A DNA stretch of 64,000 bases from Sphingopyxis sp. (lineage in GTDB: Bacteria; Pseudomonadota; Alphaproteobacteria; Sphingomonadales; Sphingomonadaceae), in NCBI RefSeq assembly GCF_025869345.1, contig NZ_JAOZVW010000020.1, positions 8,830 to 72,829 on the forward strand, written 5' to 3'. The position numbers were made by a program, and so were the translations under genes. Numbering within the stretch: the stretch's first letter is position 1; every line of letters begins with the position of its first letter. Shown piece after piece: positions 56,686-64,000 of this stretch. The notes under the pieces are model-generated. The model made no database searches. It saw only the letters and a program-made list of their open reading frames with translations, and was not told the origin of the DNA.

Positions 56686-56963
56686 TCTGCGACTCCATCC
56701 CCAATCGACTCGTCAGATAGGCTTCTGGTCCGGATAATTCCAGTGCTTAGCGAACGAATCATCACACCGCTCGGGCTTTTCGCCGAAGTTGTTGCGCGAA
56801 CACCACAGTGCGGCCCCAAGATGAGCGGCCAAGATGAGCGGGGGGTGAACGGCCGGAAAGACGCGATTGCCGCGCTTGCCGGACGGCGGCAAGGGCGATA
56901 GAGACGCCTCAACGATTTTTAGCACGCGCCACCTTTGCGGCGCCCAAGATAAGGTGTTCCGGC

Positions 56964-57416
56964 ATGTCCAAGCTTTCCGCCCTTGCCTCGCGCTCGGCAG
57001 CGCTCGCTCTGCTCGGGGTCGCGGCGCTCGGCCTTTCGGCTTGCGGCGGCAAGGAGCGGCCAAAGGCCGATCTCGCGGCGTCGCAGGTGACGACGATCGG
57101 GGTGAATTCCTATCTCTGGCGCGCTTCGCTCGACGCACTGTCGTTCATGCCGCTGCTCCAGGCCGACAGCTCGGGCGGGGTGATCATCACCGACTGGTAT
57201 GCGAATCCCGCGAATCCGGGCGAGCGGATGAAGGTCACCGTGTCGATCCTCGACCGCGACCTGCGCGCCGATGCGCTCCGCGTCGCCGCCTCGCGCCAGG
57301 TGTCGCAGGGCGGCGCCTGGGTCGATGCGCCGGTGCAGGCGGCGACGGTGCAGAAGCTCGAGGAAATCATCCTCACCCGCGCCCGCGACCTGCGCCGCGG
57401 CGCGATCGAGGGCTGA
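56964..57416 (+). CDS. DUF3576 lipoprotein
   Basis: Lipobox LGLSAC. VNSYLWRASLDALSFMPL...GGVIITDWY matches DUF3576, which commonly precedes leuS in Alphaproteobacteria. Confidence 0.8.
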   Translation: MSKLSALASRSAALALLGVAALGLSACGGKERPKADLAASQVTTIGVNSYLWRASLDALSFMPLLQADSSGGVIITDWYANPANPGERMKVTVSILDRDLRADALRVAASRQVSQGGAWVDAPVQAATVQKLEEIILTRARDLRRGAIEG

Positions 57417-57425
57417 CATCAATCC

Positions 57426-57503
57426 CGTCATCCCGGCGAAGGCCGGGATCTCGCCGGTGCATCAGATACCGGGGTCGAGATCCCGGCCCTCGCCGGGATG
57501 ACG
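57426..57503. repeat. palindromic intergenic repeat, family D
   Basis: CGTCATCCCGGCGAAGGCCGGGATCTCG ... CGAGATCCCGGCCCTCGCCGGGATGACG. Shares the CGTCATCCCGG terminus with family A. Confidence 0.88.
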
Positions 57504-57539
57504 ATCACGTAAGACTGACCAAACGGGGTAACCAACCAC

Positions 57540-60110
57540 ATGACCCGCGAAACGCGCTTTGGCGCTTTGGCCGCCGATGCCCGCTGGCAGGCGGCATGGG
57601 ATGCCGCGAACAGCTTTGCGACCAATGAAGGCGGCGAAAAGCCCAAGGCCTATATCCTTGAGATGTTCCCCTATCCGTCGGGGCGTATCCATATGGGGCA
57701 TGTCCGCAACTATGCGATGGGCGATGTGCTGGCGCGCTTCAAGCGGATGACGGGGCATGACGTCCTCCACCCGATGGGTTGGGACGCGTTCGGGATGCCG
57801 GCGGAAAACGCCGCGATGGAAAAGGGCGTCCACCCCGGCGGCTGGACCCGCGACAATATCGCCGCGATGCGCGCGCAATTGAAGCGCCTCGGCCTCGCGA
57901 TCGACTGGAGCCGCGAGCTCGCGACGTGCGAGCCCGACTATTATGGGCAGGAACAGGCGCTGTTCCTCGATATGTTCGCCGCGGGGCTCGTCGCGCGCAA
58001 GGAAAGCTACGTCAACTGGGACCCGGTCGACATGACCGTGCTCGCCAACGAGCAGGTGATCGACGGCCGCGGCTGGCGATCGGGCGCGCTGGTCGAAAAG
58101 AAGAAATTGTCGCAGTGGTTCCTCAAGATCACCGACTTCGCCGATGATCTGCTCGAAGGGCTCGGCAGTCTCGACCATTGGCCCGACAAGGTGCGGCTGA
58201 TGCAGGAAAACTGGATCGGCAAGTCGCAGGGGCTGGAGTTCTCGTTCCGGCTCGCGGGCGGCGCACCGGGGTTCGACGTCTTCACGACGCGCCCCGACAC
58301 GCTGTTCGGCGCGAGTTTCGCGGCGATCTCGCCCGATCATCCGCTGGCGGAACGCCTCGCGAAGGATTCGCCTGAGCTGACTGCCTTCATCGCCGAATGC
58401 CGCCGCCAGGGCACGTCCGCGGAGCAGCTTGAGACCGGCGAGAAGCTGGGTTTCGACACCGGCCTTGCGGTCGAGCATCCGCTCGATCCCGACTGGCATC
58501 TGCCGGTGTGGGTCGTGAACTATGTGCTGATGGATTATGGTACCGGCGCGATCTTCGGCTGCCCCGCGCACGACCAGCGCGACCTCGACTTCGCGCGCAA
58601 ATATGAACTGCCGGTCCACCGCGTCATTTCGCAGCCTGCCCCCGCGAAAGCGGGGGGCGACGAGACCGGGCAGGTTTTCCACGGCGACGAGGCCTATGTC
58701 GGCCCCGGCCGCCTCGTGAACAGCCATTTCCTCGACGGCATGACCGTCGACGAGGCCAAGGCCGCGATCATCGCGCGCGCGGAACATGAGGGCTGGGGCA
58801 AGGGCACCACCGTATGGCGCCTGCGCGACTGGGGCGTCTCGCGCCAGCGCTATTGGGGGACGCCGATCCCCTTCATCCATTGCCCGGCGTGCGGGCTGGT
58901 GCCGGTGCCGAAGAGCCAGCTTCCGGTCGTGCTGCCCGAGGATGCCGATTTCTCGGTTCCCGGCAATCCGCTGGATCGCCATCCGACATGGAAGCATGTC
59001 GCCTGCCCGTCGTGCGGCGGCGAGGCGGTGCGCGAGACCGACACGCTCGACACCTTCGTCGATTCGAGCTGGTATTTCCTGCGTTTCGCCAGCGCGCCGG
59101 CGGACAAGCCGTTCGATCCCGAGGTGATCCGCCGCTGGCTACCCGTCGATCAATATATCGGCGGCATCGAACATGCGATCCTCCATCTTCTCTACGCGCG
59201 CTTCTGGACGCGCGCGCTGAACAAGCTGGGCATGATCGACATCAAGGAACCTTTCGCCAGCCTGTTCACGCAGGGGATGGTGACGCACGAAACCTATAGC
59301 CGTGCGCAGGGAGAAGGCCTGCCGCCGCTCTTCTTCACCCCCGACGAGATCAACCGCTCGGCCGACGGCGCAACGCTCGACGCCGACGGCGCGCCGGTCA
59401 CCGTCGGCCGCGTGATCAAGATGTCGAAGTCGAAGAAGAATGTCGTCGATCCCGACGCCATCCTCGACCAATATGGCGCCGACGCGGCGCGCTGGTTCAT
59501 GCTCTCCGACAGCCCGCCCGAGCGCGACCTGCCGTGGAGCGAGGCGGGAATCGAGGGCGCGTGGCGCTTCGTCCAGCGCTTGTGGCGGATTTTCGGCGAG
59601 ACCGGAAATGTCGGCGACGGCGGCGAGGACAAGCCGCTCGCGCGCAAGCTGCACCAGGCGATCGCCGGGGTCGCCGCCGATGTCGAGGCGCTGGGCTTCA
59701 ACAAGGCGGTCGCCAAGATCCACGCGCTCGCGAACGAGATCGAGAAGGCGAAACCCTCGGCAACCCGCGCCGAGGCGTGCCGCACCTTGATCCTGCTCGT
59801 CGCGCCGATGATGCCGCACCTTGCCGAAGAGGCGTGGGCGGCGCTTCCCGAAGCGCAGCGCTCGACCGCGATGGTCGCCGATGCCGCATGGCCCATCGCC
59901 GATCCGGCCCTGCTCGTCGAAGATGAGGTGACGATCGTGTTTCAGGTGAACGGCAAACGCCGGGACGAAGAGCTGCTTCCCAAGGATGCTCCTCGGGAAA
60001 TCGTGGAAGAGCGCGCGCTCGCCAACACCAACGTTCAGGCGCATGTAGCGGGCGCTACGCCGAAAAAGGTGATTGTGGTCCCCAACCGTCTGGTCAATAT
60101 CGTCATCTGA
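57540..60110 (+). CDS. leuS: leucine--tRNA ligase
   Basis: 856 aa. HIGH-type motif (HMGHVRNY) and KMSKSKKN. Confidence 0.97.
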   Translation: MTRETRFGALAADARWQAAWDAANSFATNEGGEKPKAYILEMFPYPSGRIHMGHVRNYAMGDVLARFKRMTGHDVLHPMGWDAFGMPAENAAMEKGVHPGGWTRDNIAAMRAQLKRLGLAIDWSRELATCEPDYYGQEQALFLDMFAAGLVARKESYVNWDPVDMTVLANEQVIDGRGWRSGALVEKKKLSQWFLKITDFADDLLEGLGSLDHWPDKVRLMQENWIGKSQGLEFSFRLAGGAPGFDVFTTRPDTLFGASFAAISPDHPLAERLAKDSPELTAFIAECRRQGTSAEQLETGEKLGFDTGLAVEHPLDPDWHLPVWVVNYVLMDYGTGAIFGCPAHDQRDLDFARKYELPVHRVISQPAPAKAGGDETGQVFHGDEAYVGPGRLVNSHFLDGMTVDEAKAAIIARAEHEGWGKGTTVWRLRDWGVSRQRYWGTPIPFIHCPACGLVPVPKSQLPVVLPEDADFSVPGNPLDRHPTWKHVACPSCGGEAVRETDTLDTFVDSSWYFLRFASAPADKPFDPEVIRRWLPVDQYIGGIEHAILHLLYARFWTRALNKLGMIDIKEPFASLFTQGMVTHETYSRAQGEGLPPLFFTPDEINRSADGATLDADGAPVTVGRVIKMSKSKKNVVDPDAILDQYGADAARWFMLSDSPPERDLPWSEAGIEGAWRFVQRLWRIFGETGNVGDGGEDKPLARKLHQAIAGVAADVEALGFNKAVAKIHALANEIEKAKPSATRAEACRTLILLVAPMMPHLAEEAWAALPEAQRSTAMVADAAWPIADPALLVEDEVTIVFQVNGKRRDEELLPKDAPREIVEERALANTNVQAHVAGATPKKVIVVPNRLVNIVI

Positions 60111-60111
60111 T

Positions 60112-60660
60112 ATGCGCAGACTGCTCGCCTCCTCGCTCGTCGCCGCTTCGCTGATGCTCGGCGGCTGCGGTCTTCGGCCGCTCTATGCGAACGGCAGCAA
60201 GGGGGCGGTGGCGCAGGTGCTCGCCGACGTCGATGTCGCGCCGATCGAGGGGCATTCGGGCTTCCTCGTCCGCAATGCGCTCCGCGACCGGCTGCAGGCG
60301 ACGCAGGGCGGGCATGGCGCGGGCAAAAGACTGCGGCTCGATGTCCGGCTCGAGGATTCGATCACCGGCTTCGGCGTCCGCGCCGACGATGCGGTGACGC
60401 GCGAGCGGCGCAGCTTGCGCGCGCGCTACCAGCTCGTCGATGCGGCGACGGGCGAGGTGCTGCTCGACGCGACCGCGGCGCAGGATGCCGGGATCGATGT
60501 GGTCGGCAGCGAATATGCGACGATCGCCGCCGAATCGACCGCGCTCGAACGCCTCGCCTCGGGGGTCGCCGACCAGATCGTCGCGCGCCTCGCGGTCTTT
60601 GCCGATCGCGGCGGCGGCCAATCGGCCGATGCGCCCGTGCCTCCGCCCGCCGGGCAATGA
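60112..60660 (+). CDS. lptE: LPS-assembly lipoprotein LptE
   Basis: Lipobox SLMLGGCGLRPLY. Conserved leuS-lptE-holA order. Confidence 0.8.
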   Translation: MRRLLASSLVAASLMLGGCGLRPLYANGSKGAVAQVLADVDVAPIEGHSGFLVRNALRDRLQATQGGHGAGKRLRLDVRLEDSITGFGVRADDAVTRERRSLRARYQLVDAATGEVLLDATAAQDAGIDVVGSEYATIAAESTALERLASGVADQIVARLAVFADRGGGQSADAPVPPPAGQ

Positions 60661-61688
60661 AGAGCGTCAAGCCCGCCGAACTCGAACGCCAGACGCGCCT
60701 CGACCCCGCGGTTCGCTTCATCCTTCTGACCGGCCCCGACGAAGCGACGATGGCGGCGGTCGCGGGCCATCTGATCGGTCTTGCGGGCAAGGAGGCCGAA
60801 CGGCTCGACCTCACCGGATCGCAACTCTCGCAGGACCCGTCGCTGCTCGCGGCCGAGGCGGCGTCGATGTCGCTCTTTTCGCCGAGCCGGATCATCCGCC
60901 TCGAAATCGCGGGCAGCGGCGACGACAGCCTCGCCGCGGTCGAGGCGCTGCTCGCCGCCGACACCGCGATCAATCCGGCGATCGCGACCGGCGCGTCGGT
61001 CACCGCCAAATCGAAGCTCGTCAAGCTGGTCGAGGGATCGAGCCACGCCGTCGCCGCGATCTGTTACCAGCCCGACCGGCGCGCGCTCGTCGGCATCGCG
61101 ATGGCGGCGGCGCAGGAGGAGGGGCTTCGGCTCGCCAATGGCGAAGCGCAATTGCTCGTCGATCTCGTCTCGGGCGATCAGGCGCTGATGCGCCGCGAGA
61201 TCGAGAAGATCGCGCTCTACCTCGACGCCGCGCCCGATCGCCAGCGGCAGGTGACTCCCGCCGACATCGCCGCGCTCGGCGCCGCGACGCACGAGGAGGA
61301 TGTCAGCGAATGCATCAACGTCGCGCTCGGCGGCAAGGTGCGCGAGCTGCCCGACATGCTGAGCAAGGCGGCGGCGATCGGGGTCGCCGAGATCCGCATC
61401 ATCCGCGCGCTCGGCATCCGCGCGATGCAGCTCGCCCGGCTGCGCGACGCGGTCGATGCCGGCGCGCACCCCGCGACCGTCGTGTCGGCGCGAAGCAGCG
61501 GCGTCTTCTGGAAGGAACAGAGCGCGGTGACCGCGCAGCTCCACATCTGGGATTCGCTGCGCATCGCGCGGCTGATGACGCGGCTGCTCGATTGCGAGCG
61601 CGCGCTCAAAACATCGGGCACCGCGGGCGCGGTGCTGTTCCGCAAGCTGATGACCGACATCGCGCACCAGGCCGCGCGGGCGCGCTGA
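60657..61688 (+). CDS. holA: DNA polymerase III subunit delta
   Basis: 343 aa. Position after lptE with a 4-nt overlap. ...FILLTGPDE...LFSPSRIIRLE... is typical of HolA. Confidence 0.85.
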   Translation: MKSVKPAELERQTRLDPAVRFILLTGPDEATMAAVAGHLIGLAGKEAERLDLTGSQLSQDPSLLAAEAASMSLFSPSRIIRLEIAGSGDDSLAAVEALLAADTAINPAIATGASVTAKSKLVKLVEGSSHAVAAICYQPDRRALVGIAMAAAQEEGLRLANGEAQLLVDLVSGDQALMRREIEKIALYLDAAPDRQRQVTPADIAALGAATHEEDVSECINVALGGKVRELPDMLSKAAAIGVAEIRIIRALGIRAMQLARLRDAVDAGAHPATVVSARSSGVFWKEQSAVTAQLHIWDSLRIARLMTRLLDCERALKTSGTAGAVLFRKLMTDIAHQAARAR

Positions 61689-63488
61689 TCAGGCGGCCGG
61701 CACCGTCACCGGGCCGGGCGGGACGAAGGTCCACAGCGTGTCGCCGGGCTCGACCGGCGGGCGGTGCTGCATCGAAAAGACCGCGAGTTCGCCGCTGGCG
61801 CGCTGGACCGCCAGCGTGTCGCCACCCGACGCCCGCATCCGCGCGACGAAATCGGCATAGGGGAATTTCTCGGTGATCCGCGTGCGTCCGAAACTCCACC
61901 CTGCCTGCAGCCGGTCGAGCTGCTCCTCGATCGGGGTGCCGCCGAGCGTCAGCACGCGTCCGCGCCGCCGCGCGCCGGTTTGCGCGGTCACCAGCATCCG
62001 GCTCACCCGGTCGTGGCCGACCTCGGGCGCGAGTTCGCTGCACACCAGCGCGTTGTAGCTGTCGTTGTCGGTCGCCGCGATCAGTTGCTGATAGCGGCCC
62101 ATCTCGAGCTCGTCGTCGTGCGCCGCGTCCAATATGTCGCCCTGATGGACGGGCAGGTCGGCGCGGCGGGCGCGGCGGAGCGCGAACTTGCTCTCGTCGG
62201 CGATCAGCACGTCGCTGCCCTGCGCCTTGATGAATTCGGCGAAGGCGATCGTCCAGCTGTTCGCGCCGACCAGCAGCACGCCATTGCCCTTGCCGCGGTC
62301 GAGCCCGAGCCAGCGGGCAAAGGGCTGGGCGGTGAAGCCGTGCGCGAAGATCGTCGCGATGACGACCGAAAAGGACAGCGGCACCAGCGCCTCGGCCCCC
62401 GGCACGCCATAGTCCGACAGGCGCAGCGCGAACAGGCCGGTCACCGCGGCGGCGACGATGCCGCGCGGCGCGATCCAGGCAACGAACAGCCGCTCCTTGA
62501 AGGGAATGCGGGTGAAGAGCAGGGCGATCATGATCGTCAGCGGCCGGACCGCGAACAGCAGCAGGATCAGGAACAGCACGAAGCGCGCCTGGAAATTGGT
62601 CACCACCGTCCAGTCGAGCGTCGCCGACAGGATGATGAACACGCCTGAGACGAGGAGGACGGTCAGATCCTCCTTGAAGCGCATCAGCATATGGCTCGAA
62701 TCGGTTTCGCGGTTCGCCATCACCACGCCCATCGCGGTGACGGTGATCAGCCCGGTTTCGTGCATCACCAGGTCGGACAAGACGAAGACCGCGATCACCG
62801 TCGTCAGCAGCACCGGCGCCTTTAGATATTCGGGCACCCAGCCGCGGACGAAGGCGGCGGTCAGCGCGAAGGCGGCGGCGCCGCCGATCAGCATTGCCAG
62901 CACGCTCGCCGCGACGACGTCGGTGACGATCGCGGTGCTGTTCGCCTCGGCGCCGCCGTGGGTGATATAGGCATAGATGCCCACGCCAAGCAGCGCGCCG
63001 ATCGGATCGTTCACGATCGCTTCCCACTTCAGCATATGCTTGACGCGCGGGGTGATGTTCAGCGTGCGCAGCATCGGCACGATCACCGTCGGGCCGGTCA
63101 CCACCATGATGCCGCCGAACAGCGCCGACAGCTCCAGCGACAGCCCGGCGCCGTAATAAGCGGCGGCGGTGCCCAATGCCCAGCCGACCGGAACGCCGAT
63201 GAAGACGAGCATGAATACTGCGGTGCCGGCATGGCGGAGCTCGCGAAATTTCAGCGTCAGCCCGCCCTCGAACAGGATCACCGCGACCGCGAGTTTGATG
63301 ATCGGTTCGCGCAGCGCGCCGAAATCGCGTTCGGGATCGATCAGGCCCAATATCGGCCCCGCGACGATCCCCGCGACCAGCATCAGCGCAATCGCGGGTC
63401 TGCCCGTGCGCCAGGCGACCCATTGGGCGCCGATGCCGATGACCCCGATCAGGGCGATTTTGACGAGCAGGGAGTCAATCGCAAACAT
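61689..63488 (-). CDS. CPA1-type cation/proton antiporter with a C-terminal RCK/TrkA-like domain
   Basis: 599 aa. Na+/H+ exchanger membrane domain (...ILFEGGLTL..., NDPIG...), then a soluble domain (VLLVGANSWTIAFAEFIKAQGSDVLIAD). Confidence 0.88.
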   Translation of the reverse strand: MFAIDSLLVKIALIGVIGIGAQWVAWRTGRPAIALMLVAGIVAGPILGLIDPERDFGALREPIIKLAVAVILFEGGLTLKFRELRHAGTAVFMLVFIGVPVGWALGTAAAYYGAGLSLELSALFGGIMVVTGPTVIVPMLRTLNITPRVKHMLKWEAIVNDPIGALLGVGIYAYITHGGAEANSTAIVTDVVAASVLAMLIGGAAAFALTAAFVRGWVPEYLKAPVLLTTVIAVFVLSDLVMHETGLITVTAMGVVMANRETDSSHMLMRFKEDLTVLLVSGVFIILSATLDWTVVTNFQARFVLFLILLLFAVRPLTIMIALLFTRIPFKERLFVAWIAPRGIVAAAVTGLFALRLSDYGVPGAEALVPLSFSVVIATIFAHGFTAQPFARWLGLDRGKGNGVLLVGANSWTIAFAEFIKAQGSDVLIADESKFALRRARRADLPVHQGDILDAAHDDELEMGRYQQLIAATDNDSYNALVCSELAPEVGHDRVSRMLVTAQTGARRRGRVLTLGGTPIEEQLDRLQAGWSFGRTRITEKFPYADFVARMRASGGDTLAVQRASGELAVFSMQHRPPVEPGDTLWTFVPPGPVTVPAA

Positions 63489-63534
63489 GATGCAACTCTA
63501 TGCGAAGACGGCGAAAAGCGTCCACAAAAAGAAA

Positions 63535-63567
63535 CCGCCCGCTCACCGGAGTGAGCGGGCGGTTTTC
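63535..63567 (-). terminator. intrinsic terminator after the TonB-dependent receptor gene
   Basis: CCGCCCGCTCAC-CGGA-GTGAGCGGGCGG, with TTTCTTTTT following on the minus strand. Lies 18 nt downstream of the stop at 63585. Confidence 0.65.
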
Positions 63568-63584
63568 ACTGGCTGTTCAGGCGA

Positions 63585-64000
63585 TCAGAATTTGCCGCGC
63601 AGCGTCACGCCATAGGTCCGGGGTTCCGCGAGGAACATCGAGAAGAGCTGGCGCCCGCCCGGATATTGCGGATCGGCAAAGGCGGTGCCGGTCGAGGTGC
63701 CGCCTTCCTGGAACGGCGAGTTGAACGCGACCTGGGCATATTGCTTGTTGAAGATATTCTGTGCCCAGAGCTCGATGCCCCATTTCTCGTCGGCGCCGCG
63801 GATGCCGACGCGGGCATTGAAGATCGCGTAACCGTCCTGCTCCTTCTGCGGGAAGAGGTCGGAGCCGGTGTTATAGTCGCTGGTCATGCGGCCATCGAGA
63901 TAGACGAGGCCGGTCAGGCCGCTGCTGCCAATTTCCGGCGTCCAGGTCACGCTGCCGGTCGCGACCAGTTCGGGCGCGTTCGACAGATTGTTGCCCGGCA
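63585..64000 (-). CDS. TonB-dependent receptor, C-terminal part (gene continues beyond the window end)
   Basis: The C-terminal barrel strands end ...EPRTYGVTLRGKF (terminal Phe). The reading frame stays open to position 64000. Confidence 0.85.
   Translation of the reverse strand, partial: PGNNLSNAPELVATGSVTWTPEIGSSGLTGLVYLDGRMTSDYNTGSDLFPQKEQDGYAIFNARVGIRGADEKWGIELWAQNIFNKQYAQVAFNSPFQEGGTSTGTAFADPQYPGGRQLFSMFLAEPRTYGVTLRGKF

Noticed and set aside
56816-56841. Tandem 13-bp duplication CCAAGATGAGCGG x2 in the gap between the OMP gene and the DUF3576 gene
   Set aside because: There are only two units and no associated ORF or structure. It is most simply a slippage duplication.
3636-57503. Could the recurring palindromes be a CRISPR array?
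   Set aside because: The copies are scattered singly in separate intergenic regions kilobases apart. There is no regular repeat-spacer periodicity and no cas genes are present.
61606-63423. 605-aa ORF on the - strand in another frame of the antiporter gene
   Set aside because: It is a frame-shifted shadow of the 61689..63488 antiporter ORF, which gives a clean polytopic membrane protein, whereas this frame gives an Arg/Gly/Asp-rich sequence.
1-64000. tRNA, rRNA, tmRNA, transposase, integrase, prophage or genomic-island signatures
   Set aside because: I recognised none. Gene content is core housekeeping with uniform high GC, and the only compositional dip is the ~220-bp AT-rich gap at 32880-33100. 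tRNAscan or Infernal would be needed to exclude small RNAs rigorously.

Overview
High-GC (roughly 65-68% by eye) alphaproteobacterial chromosome segment. Gene content (MipZ, DivK-like regulator, DUF3572/DUF3576, TonB/TBDR) and the style of the intergenic repeats suggest Sphingomonadales; this is inference from memory of these families, as no search was possible. I call about 60 protein genes, almost all core housekeeping: pheST, rplT-rpmI, prs, nadE, gltX, rpmG, corA, panC, mipZ, lptB-rpoN, rpmJ, ribD-ribE, ssb, feoAB, a ribB-type/DMT/ribH operon, PBP1A, msrB and leuS-lptE-holA. I recognised no rRNA, tRNA, CRISPR, transposase, integrase or phage genes. Many long ORFs in the six-frame track are antisense shadows typical of high-GC DNA. 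I did not find one obvious novel multi-gene system. The items worth a second look are: (1) an unusually dense, multi-family population of hairpin-armed palindromic intergenic repeats (about 25 copies), with nested insertions and arm-to-arm covariation; (2) a riboflavin operon whose RibB/degenerate-RibA enzyme carries an N-terminal XRE-like HTH extension and sits behind an AT-rich inverted repeat, with no FMN riboswitch seen and a DMT transporter embedded in the operon; (3) a PilZ-XRE fusion protein, a candidate c-di-GMP-responsive transcription factor; (4) a translationally coupled type III PKS / methyltransferase / flavoprotein operon (srsABC-like) upstream of msrB and PBP1A; (5) a candidate small RNA with a CCUCUCCC motif and intrinsic terminator in the only AT-rich gap. 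Product calls rest on remembered family motifs. Repeat boundaries are good to a few bp.
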